A program made the translations under genes and the position numbers. Positions 23,891 through 34,500 of a DNA stretch of 64,000 nt are shown here, piece after piece; position 1 is the stretch's first letter; every line of letters starts with the position of its first letter. The notes under the pieces were generated by a model, which was given only the letters and a program-made list of their open reading frames with translations, made no database searches and had not been told where the DNA came from. The stretch is from Seison nebaliae (Eukaryota): the NCBI GenBank assembly GCA_023231475.1, contig JALJEE010000763.1:62001-126000 (forward strand). The letters are read 5' to 3'.

Positions 23891-25152
23891 TTATTCTGAA
23901 GTTGTTTCATGACCGCGTTGTTTCGATCTTAAAATGAGATGTTCGAGCACACCAATACGCAAATCCATCTGAGCAATTTCTTTCCTTAACTGCTCGAGAC
24001 TCTTTTTCAAACGGACCACGGGAGAACCGTCTGATATTTGTGCACCAGTTTCTCGAGATTCTGCTTCCATAATTTGGATTTGTTCTCGAATACTATCCAA
24101 TTGACGAGTCTTTTCAACAATTGTGTTGGAACCCAATTGACAATCTTGTCTTGATTTATTTAAAATTTCTTGACGGCTTTGTAATGCTTGAATGGAATCT
24201 TCAGCACTTGAATTAAACGTATTCTCAATCGACTGGATCTTTTTCATGGAATCATCTATGTCTGTTTGTAAATTGAATAAATTTCCTTTCGTTTTTGTCA
24301 AGTGTTCTTCGATAATTCCCGTATGTTTACCCATCAAATCTAGACGACTTCGCCAATCCTGAACAAAAAAGCAACATCATTAACTAATGTTAATAATTGA
24401 GTTAATAAAAATGAAACTTTTGTAGTTGACCGAACGACTTTCAACTGAGGGAGAACACGCTCTACTTCATGGTGCCACGCTGTTGAATCCGTTTTACTTT
24501 CCATAATCTCTTCCTTCTTTTTAGATGATTCATTTGATAGTTTATGAATTCCAGCTAAATTTAACATCTCTTCTTCGTTCTCATCATCATCGTCATCTTC
24601 ACATTCATAAATGATATCTTCTTCCATTTTATCTAGATCGATTTCTTCATCAACTTCACCTTCTTCTTCGTCTTCAGATTGAGGTTCATTTAATTCCTCT
24701 TGTTTCATTGCCTCAAAATCTATTAAATTCCAAGAGAATTTATGTTGTTTCAATGCAAGATTGGCTAATTTGGTGAGAACTTCGATGACCGTATCACCAG
24801 ATCCAGTAAGTAACGGTAACGGTTTTATGTCAAGGTTATCGTCATTTTCTTTTAAAACTTTCAGAACATTTCCTACTGCAATTTTGGGATCATCCGATTC
24901 TTCATGACGTTCATATTGAGAACCACTCTCATTACAGAGCCAGATGGCCAGGGAAATAAACTGATGGAATTGTTCACCTGCACTTACAGGAAAGACGAAA
25001 TATACTCTACTAATGGGTTTCATTCGCCATTTGTCTACATAGTTTCGTTCGTAATCGAGTAATTGTAATTTGGTGCATAATTTCTCGTTTTCATAAACGG
25101 CAAAATATTCATTATTAATTTCATCTTCCAAACAATCATTCTCTGTCGTCAT
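23891..25152 (-). CDS. IFT57: Intraflagellar transport protein 57; intron 24359-24417
   Basis: KLQLLDYE, GEQFHQF, acidic linker, WHHEVERVLPQLKV / DWRSRL and ISDGSPVVRLKKSL..LR.EI.QMDLRIGVLEH. Confidence 0.95.
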
Positions 25153-25173
25153 TTTTCTCGTCCAATATCAAGT

Positions 25174-25187
25174 GTTGTCACTATAAC
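25174..25187. promoter_or_regulatory. Second candidate X-box, just upstream of the IFT57 ATG
   Basis: GTTGTCACTATAAC (reverse complement GTTATAGTGACAAC). Confidence 0.55.
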
Positions 25188-25224
25188 GCGGAATTTTTTC
25201 GTTACTTAGCTAGGCTTATATTTG

Positions 25225-25237
25225 GTTGCCAAGCAAC
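25225..25237. promoter_or_regulatory. RFX X-box in the IFT57/SPAG6 bidirectional promoter
   Basis: GTTGCCAAGCAAC matches GTNRCC-N-RGYAAC exactly. It sits inside the near-perfect inverted repeat ATTTGGTTGC-CAA-GCAACCAAAT (25220-25242). Confidence 0.8.
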
Positions 25238-25421
25238 CAAATTTGAAAACTTGAAATTATTCAGAAATTTCTTTCGATTATCTAATTTATTTGGGGAATT
25301 ATTACTCATTGTCATGACAAAGATGTAGTCGTTAGAATCAAATATATTTTTAAATAAACATAATTTCTTTTGATATTCCTTAATCTATAATTTCCTTCTA
25401 ACAAATAATCACTTTTCAACG

Positions 25422-27009
25422 ATGAGTCAACGTGCGATCTTAGCAACCTTCGAACAGTACCAAAAAGCAAGAATGCAATTCGTACAGTCGATTTCTGAAA
25501 TGGCAAATCGACCGCAGAATATCGAAACACTTCAGAATGCAGGTGTCATGTCATTATTACGTCCAATGTTACTCGATGTCGTTCCAACAATTCAACAAAA
25601 TGCTGCTCTTGCATTGGGTCGCTTGGCCAGTTTTAATCAACAGTTGGCCGAAGCCGTCGTCAAAAGTGACATTCTACCACAACTCGTCTATTCATTATCA
25701 GAACAAAATCGTTTTTATAAGAGAGCAGCCGCATATGTTCTCAGAGCAATCGCTAAACATTCTGCAGAATTGGCTCAATCAGTTGTGGATTGTGGAGCGT
25801 TGGATAGTTTAGTAATTTGTTTAGAGGAATTTGATCCATCTGTCAAAGAATCGGGTGCATGGGCATTAGGATATATTGCTCGACATAATGCTGATCTTGC
25901 ACAATGTGTTGTAAATGCAGGAGCAATTCCATTATTAGTACTTTGTTTGCAAGAACCGGAAATTGCACTTAAAAGAATTGCTGCTTCATCACTTGCCGAT
26001 ATATCGAAACATTCAGGAGAATTAGCACAGGCAGTTGTGGATTCAGGTTCCATTATTCATCTGGCACAATTAGCAATTAGTAATGACAACAAACTGAAAC
26101 GGCAAGTATTTAACGCTTTAAGTCAAATAGCGAAACATTCAGTGGAATTAGCGGAGACAATTGTTGAATCAGAAATATTTCCGGCTGCATTTGTTTGTTT
26201 AAAAGATAACGACGAATATGTGAAGAAGAACTGTGCTACATTAATGAGAGATGTAGTGAAACATACACCAGAAGTTTAAACATAAATTTTTTATAATCAT
26301 TCTCTTAATGACTTTGCTATTTCTTTAGTTATCTCAATTAATAACAAATGCAGGTGGTATTGCTGCTGTGGTGGATTATATCAGTGAATCGAAAGGAAAT
26401 ATTCGTCTTCCAGGAATTATGATGTTAGGATATGTTGCTGCACATTCTACAACATTAGCAATGGGCGTTATTGTATCCAAAGCAGTGACTCTTCTGACGA
26501 CTGTAATGCAAGAAGAGGAAGAAGATCACATACTAGGGGCATGTGCATGGACATTGGGACAAATTGGTCGACATACACCGGAACATGCGAAAGCAATTGC
26601 TGTTGCTAATGCTCTGCCATTACTTCTCCATTGTTATCTGAAAGCGAAAGCTTCGGAAGATCTCCAGACAAAAACGAAGAAAGCATTAAAGAATGTCCTT
26701 CAAAAATGTATTTATTTGCCAGCATTAGAACAATTGTTAAATGAGGCACCACCCAACATTCTCAAACATGTCGTGGCGCAATTCAGTAAAGTCTTGCCAA
26801 GTGATGCCAGTGCAAGAAGATTATTTGTAACGAGTGGAGGATTGAAGAAAATTCAGGAGATTAAAGTCGAAGAAGGAACACCGTTGGCAGAATATATCGA
26901 AATTATTAACAGTTGTTACCCGGAAGAAATAGTGAAATATTACACTCCTGGATATGCTGGTGAATTATTGGAACGAGTAGACAATTATGATCCGAATGTT
27001 ACTAATTAA
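25422..27009 (+). CDS. SPAG6: Sperm-associated antigen 6 / PF16 (armadillo-repeat central-pair protein); intron 26274-26328
   Basis: MSQRAILATFEQYQKARMQFVQ...RPQNIETLQNAGVMSLLRP.LLDVVP, ARM repeats, ...SCYPEEIVKYYTPGY. Confidence 0.97.
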
Positions 27010-27214
27010 AATTTAGACAAATGACTTTAACAAACATCATTCTAATAAAAGATAAACTTTATTTCTCCAAATTAAGTTGTTCAATTAAACATAAAAATCA
27101 TATTAATTAAATGAGAAATTTTTGCCAGGCATTTTTTTTTATTAGAAATTAACTAATCAAATCAAAGAAATTAAAGAATAATTAAAGAATAATCAAAAAT
27201 TGAAAAAAAAAAGT

Positions 27215-27493
27215 TTAACTTGCTCTCTTTCGGCAACCGACATCTGGATTGCCAACGAAACCCCTTTTGCAAACGCATTTAGTGGAATGTGGGAGACACT
27301 TTGCATTTTGAAAATTTTTACATTGACATTGTTGCATTAGGACAGTCATATAATCTTTGGGGTAATTTGGTGCACCTATTGGAATATGTTTGAAATAACG
27401 TCGATATAATGATCGATAACTATGAGATGTTTCTTCAGCATTGACTGTTTGCAAAGTGAAAAGTAGCAGTAAGAAGAAGAACAGCAGTTTCAT
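27215..27493 (-). CDS. Small secreted single-EGF-domain protein (92 aa)
   Basis: Signal peptide MKLLFFFLLLLFTLQTVNA and a 6-Cys EGF domain CQC...NAKC.....KCVCKRGFVGNPDVGC. Confidence 0.8.
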   Translation of the reverse strand: MKLLFFFLLLLFTLQTVNAEETSHSYRSLYRRYFKHIPIGAPNYPKDYMTVLMQQCQCKNFQNAKCLPHSTKCVCKRGFVGNPDVGCRKRAS

Positions 27494-28512
27494 ATTGATG
27501 TATATGTATTGTGATAATTCTGTTCGCATATATATATAAGAATATCAGGAATGTATGTAATTTGATCTTCTGGATTGGAGAAGAAAGAGGGAAATGTGAT
27601 GGGAGTGGAAGAAAGAAAGATATGAAAAAAAAGTTTTTCAATCATTAAAATATTATTGGAAATTATTTTGAAGTTATTTTGACATGATGATAAATGGAAT
27701 ATTTCAAATTATCTTCAATAAGCATTTCCCCCTTAAATTCTATTAATATCGATGACTAAATGATTCAGTTCGGTTCATTCCATTTGCTACACTATCTGAA
27801 AGACGCGCGATATCATTAATAGGACGGTTAGAGAAATAACAAAAGAAATTCACAAGCAATTTCAAAAGAAATCATTCAGAAATTCCAGTTCAGACACATG
27901 GAAATATGATGAGAAAATTCAATATGATTTGTTCCTAATTGTCAGAAATAGAAGGAAATATAACAGAAAAATATAGTAATTTTTTTCTCTCATCAATTCT
28001 GTTTCATTATCATCAATTGAAACGAGAGCAATAAATCAATTGTACCGTAAACTTTCATACCATTCAAATATTGAACAATTAATCTGTGAGAGATATTGTT
28101 TTCTAAAGAAGAAAGGTCAGTCAATGGAATATCGTTTCCTCATAATATGTTCTTCAAACTACATAATTAAATCATCATTCCATAAAGTGATCTAATTTAA
28201 TCGATAAATAATTTATGAATGTTTTCTTCTATTCTTAAAAGAAAGTTTCATTGATCAAAACTCCTCTAAAATTTCCAATCATCTGATCTAAACTTTATTT
28301 TATTTAGTCGAATTTCGAATTTAAACACATTCACACACTGAAGTACACCTTAACCCACAATTCTAGATTGTATGGCTCATGGACATACTATATCTACGAA
28401 AAGATTCCGTATAAAGAAAGAAAGCGATAGAATAGAAGATAAATTTGCTAAAGATACGAGATAAAACTAATGTTGGGAATGTGTAAAGAAATATAAATAA
28501 GATACAATTTTT

Positions 28513-31500
28513 TTATGCAGTATCACCGTCCTTCCCCGTATTAATTACGCTACTCTCTTTTGTGGATTGTGTGTTATCTGTTGCGGCGTCGTCATCTTCT
28601 TCGTCATCGTCGATATTATCCAAAAATCGACTAGAATATCCAGATACCGATCGATTATTCGAAAAGTTCGATGGTCTGAAAATAGAAAAAAAATAGATCA
28701 TCAAAAATTCTCCTATGTAGAACAGAATACCTTTAGATTTGGGAGAATATTAAAACCGAAAAGAAAATTAGGTACAATAATAAAATTTTTATTGGAAACT
28801 AAATACTTCGGCAAACATTCGCACCTTATTTTAATAAAAAAATTAATTAGTTTCAGCAATTTCATTAATAATCGGATCCTTCTTCTGGGAGAGACTGGAA
28901 TTAGTGAAAGAATTAGAAAAATTGAAAAGGATAATTGCCATTTGTGTAACATTTAAGTGAGGAATTGTTTAAATAACGCAAATTTTTTGAAGGAAAATAA
29001 ATCGAATTAAAATAGTTGTCAGTTTTGAGCACAAGACATAAGGAGATAAGAGCAGGAAAAGATTTCTTTTGAAGAAAATAAATGTCATTAGAAATGTTAT
29101 TAGTAATGAACAAAGGTCAAAATATTGGCAAGAGAAAAATGGATGAACGATACCATATTTCACATAATAAATAAACTTCGTTTGTTTAAATGGTAGTCAA
29201 TTGGATGATTCGAGTTTAGATAAGAATGTGATGGTAGCATAATTCATCTGGAAAAGAAACCAGCAATTTTCCATAAAAAAGTGAAGAGAATAAATTGAAA
29301 TTTTAATCATGTTTGTTAATTATGATGATTCACTTAAGGAATGTGTAGAAGAAGTGATTAGTACATTCTTTTTATTCTTCTTTGAGAATTTCTTTCCATC
29401 GTCTTTGCCTCTTGTTTTATCGAACTTTTTAATTCGATCTCGAACCGATTCCGATTTTTCTTCATCATTTTCTGTCAAATTCTCATTTGTATTGTTGTTA
29501 TTGGCATTGGAATGTTGATGAGAATTGATGGAAGGAATGACAACTTTTTCATTCTTTTCATTAAGCAAATATCGATTGATTGGTTGTTTCTGAATGTGTT
29601 GATCAACATTCCTCTGTTGTGCATTCTGTGCTACACCAGCTAATGGCAAAGCGAATTGACGATTCGAAGATGAGACTCCACTTGTTCTTCCAAAATTATC
29701 GTTCGTATCGATATAATTATAAGAACCTGGAGCCTTCTGTGTTGGAATGTCACCCTTTAATCGACGTGAATGAAATCCTGTTGTACTTGAAGTGGCGGAA
29801 GATGATGCAGATGAAGATGTCTGATCAATAGATAATGCATATTGGTATGAATCTTTATCTTTATCATGGAATCGATGATAAGAATTATTGACAATTTTTG
29901 ATGGACTCCCATCACCTTCTCCCATCACATCATTATCGACATGATGGACATTGTTCGAATTTATCATCATCTGACGACGTGGACGCACTTCGATATCTTT
30001 CTCTGTAATATTATTATTATTATTAATATTATTATTATTTTCGTTGTTATTGTTGATGAGAGTACTCGATAAATAATTGGTAGAATTTGAATTGGGAATA
30101 TTGGAAGTGGACATGATACCGGTAGAAGATCGTAATTGACCATCTAATTCTTCATCTCTTTGTATTATACGTTTGGTGACTTCCCAATCATTGACTACTG
30201 TACGTAATGCTTCCTGTTGTTCATGATTCAGATAGAGAATACTGTTGTTGGAGGAAGCACAACTATTATCATCATCCAACACTTTCCCTCTATTCACATT
30301 TCTACTGTACGATGTATAATATTTCATGGAATTTCAGTTATTATCGATTAGCAGCGATATTAGAAGCGACGAATATTTAGCATTCAATCATATTGAGCAG
30401 AAGCGAAAAAAGAAAAGAAAATTAATAAAGATGAAATCAAATGAGAAAGATAAGTGAAAGATAAATCAAGAAAAATGAATGATGAATGTGATGAGAAGAA
30501 ATGAATGAGAAGTTCTAAAAATAATAAAATCAGATTCTTTACTCACCGTCTAGTTTTGAGAGTGGAGTTCTCTCGAATTAATGAATCATTTCTTTCCGAT
30601 AATTCATCATATTCATGAGTCAATTTCCTCTTTTGTTGATTGAGTCGATTGACATCCTCTTCCAATTCGTCAGTATGTCGTTTCATCACTCGAATTCTTG
30701 CCAACAATTTTTCTGACTAAAATCCATCAATATCATATGGATCATATGGATAAAAATGAAATAACTTGTTCCTTATACAATTCAGCATTCTGATGCTCTT
30801 CATCGAATTTGGCAGTAAGTTCTCTTGTCTTTCTCTCAAGTTTTCTTAATGAACGTTGAGCACCGTTCTTTTCTCGCGATTCATTCTCCAATGATTCTTC
30901 TAATGTTCGAATCTTTTCATCTTGTTGTTGTAATTGATATTTTGTCTGTGTGAAAGTTTGAAAATAAGAGAAAATAAATGAAAAAGATGTAAATGAACTT
31001 TATTCCTATAAGAATTTTCCGCTTCTTCCAATCGAGCCTTCAGATCTCGATTCTGTCGTTCCAAAGCAGAAAATTGATTTTCTAATCGAAGTTTCTGATC
31101 TTTCTCCATATTCAATTCATTACTCATCTGTTCATTAGATTGATGCAATTTTTTCATTTTATCTTGATCCTGTTCTCGAATATCGATTAATTCATCCAAT
31201 TCTTCTTCCAATTCATTAATTCGACAATCGAGTCGTTTCTTTTCTTCATTTGGAATAGAACCTTTCTGTGAGAGAGCATCATCTAATTGTGATTGCAATT
31301 CTTCTTTATCGGTTAATAATGAACGTTTCGCTCGTTCCAACATTTCCTTATCGTTCTCCAAATTGAGTAGTTCTTGTTCCAACATCTTATTCTTATTGTT
31401 CTCTTCACGTAATTGTTGAGAGATTTGATCTTTATTTAATCGCATTTCATCCAAATCTCTCTGAAGATCACGAGAGGTGATTTGCTGTCTTTTCAATAAT

Positions 31501-34500
31501 TTTCCTGCTTCATCTTTTCCTTTCAATAAATCTTCATTGGATGCCATATATTCCGCTAGTTCCATTTCTAACTTCTTCTTCGCACTATTCATTTGAGATT
31601 TCTGTTTCTTTTCTTCATCCAATTCATCTTCCAATTGTCTCGTTTGTCTCATGAGCATTTTGGAACGATCTTCATTTCCTTCTTGTGCCTCTTGGATTAA
31701 TCGTTCCATTTGAGCAATTTTTGCCGTCATGTTAACTTCGGCACGTAAATTAGCATCTCCTAAAATTATATTTTGATCTTCTAATTCTTCGATCTGTTTC
31801 TGTTTATCATCTAATTGTATCTCCAATTGTTTCTTCATTCGTTCCAATTCGATCTCTTTCTTACCAGCGTCATCTTTTGTTGCGATGATCTCGTCGATTT
31901 CTAAACGTGCACTTCTCAATTTACGTTCCAATTCTTCCACCACCAAATCCGTATCATTCATAATGGCTTCATTACCTAAAATTTTTGTTTTTAATTCTCT
32001 CGCTTCTCCTTCGATTGCATCTTTTTCTATTTGGAGTCTTTCCGCATATGCTTTCTCTTCCGCTAAAATCTTATCGAAATTTCTCGCTTTCTTCTCAAAA
32101 GCTGTCGCTGCTTGTTGTTGTTGATCCAATTCTCGATTAACATCTTGCACTTCATCTTGTAAACGTTTTTTCGTTTTTTCCAATTTTTCCATTTGTTCCA
32201 ACAATGTCTGTTCTCGATCAATTCCATTTTCAATATCTTTTTGAGCTTTTCGACGAGCGTCTTCCGATTGTTCCGCTAATTGCTGAGTAGACTCACATCG
32301 TCTCTTAAAATCGTTACATTTCACCGTTAATTCAGCCACCTGTTTTTCAAATTGTCTCTGTATTTCCTCATTCTCTTCCACTTGATCTCGTAATTGGGAA
32401 ACTTCGTTTTCAGCCGTCCTCAATTTCGCTTGTACCGACAATTTAATTTGTGTCTCTTCATTTGTCATCTGTCCAGATTCTTGTAATTGTCTTTGTAAAT
32501 CTTGAATCTGCTTTTCCAAATGACTACATTTAGCATCAGCATCAATTCCATTAGCATGCATCTGATCACATTCATTCTGCAATTTCGTATGCTTCAAATC
32601 CAATTCGTTACGTTTATTCTCACTCTCCATCATTTTCGCTGTGATTTCTTGGAGATATTGTTCCGTTTTCTTTCGTTTTTGATCAGCATCATTTTTCTGT
32701 TGTTGAATAAATTTCATATCGTTCGAAAGATCCATCACATCGCTCTCCAAATTTTGACGTTGTTTCTCCACTTGTGTCTTCGTCTTTTTCAATTGATCGA
32801 CTTGTTGTTGCAACTCATCATTTTGACGTTTCGTTTTCAATTTATAATCAGCCCATTGTTTTTCTCTTGTGTCATTATCTTCTTCTTTTTGTCGTTTCAA
32901 TTGATCTTTCTCTTGTTCCATCTTCTTCAATTCATTCGCCACTAAGAAATTTGTGTCTTTATTTTCTGTTATCTCATTTCTCAAATCATCAACTTCTTTC
33001 ATCAACGTTTTCTTGTCCTTCTCAATCTTACGACGACTCTCCTTCTCACAATCCAAATCTTCTTCTACATCTTGTAATTTCGACTGTAATTCTTTGATTG
33101 AACGAAGCGCTTCCGATTTCCCATTTTGTTCATCTTCCAAATCGTTCGATCGTTGATTCAAATCGTTTTCTTTTCTCTCGAGTAATCCTTGAAGATCTGC
33201 AATCAATAATGATTTCTCATTCAATTGCTCTTTCAATTCTTGTATCTCCAATTGCAAACGACGAATTTCTCCTTCCAAATCAGAACGACGTTGTTCTTCT
33301 CTATTAATCTTTTCTTCCTGTTCTTGCATCATCGATTCCGCTCTATGTTTTACTTTATTCAACGATTTCACTTTCTCTTCCTCTTCTTCTTGACGTTTTT
33401 GCAATTCCGTCAATCGATCCTCCAAAACCTTCTTTTCTTTTCCCATCTAAAAATTGAAGTAGAAAATTTAACGATGGAAAAGAGATAAAAAAAACTTTTT
33501 GCACTTGATCATCTTGAACAGCGAAATCATTTTCGATACGTTTCAATTTATTTTCCATTTGAGATTTTTCAATCGTTAATTTCTGTTTCAATTGTTCCTC
33601 TTCTTCCAATCTACAAGTGATAAAATTGAATATGAGATAAAGAAAAATGAAAAGAAACTGTTCTTCTAAATCTTGAAGATTTTGATCCATTTTCTTCCGT
33701 TCAGATTGAAATGCGACTTGTTTATTCTGCTCCTCTTCCAACCGATTCTCCATGTCAATCAATGCTTCTTCCATATCGTCATTCGATTTTTTCAATCGTT
33801 TATTCCTATCCTCAACTTCAGCGATGACTTCTTCATCTTGTAATAATTGTTCGGATATCTGTTGTTTATCTTGGAGAAGTTCGTCCATTCTCTCCGTTAC
33901 TTCCTTCAATTCTTGTTCTTGTTTCTTCTGCAAATCAACTGCCTTCTTCAATTCTTCTTCTTTCTTTTGTACCTCTTCCTCTTGACGAGTTACTTGTAGG
34001 ACTGGTTTGACTTTTGTGAATAATCTCCACCATGGCCAATTTCTGAGTTTGAGGAAGGCTCGACCATTTCGTTGAATTATTCGAATTGCATTTCCTGCAT
34101 TCTTCCTGCGATTAAATCCACGACGTGCCAAACAACCGCGACAATATGCTTGAAGATTGATAATTATTTCTGCTAATTTCAAATCACGTTCCTCTTCCAA
34201 ATGAGCGAGAACACCTGCACGGAAGAAGATCTTCGAATGACCAATTCGATATAAACCTTTATCCAACTCCAATTCTTGTATCATCTTTTCGACAGCTTTC
34301 TTTGAATCAACAAATCCTTTCGGAATACAATGAGGTGTCAACAATTCATATCTTTGACGGAATTCTTCAAACAATATTCGATTAGGGAAACCTTGACGAC
34401 AAATTCGAATTCCTTCCAATACACCATTACAACGTAATTGATCAAGAACGAGAATTGCATTGATTTTATTTGGTCGCTTCTCATGATTTGGAATTATACA

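Noticed and set aside
33600..33660. Hydrophobic F/I/L-rich 'TM-like' stretches inside or at the ends of ORF-track proteins
   Set aside because: They are translated T-rich introns, in frame or read through, not membrane helices.
31885..33985. Many plus-strand ORFs rich in S/F/L opposite myosin; similar ORFs lie opposite PHKA, RasGRP and SPAG6
   Set aside because: These are antisense shadows of E/K/Q-rich coding sequence.
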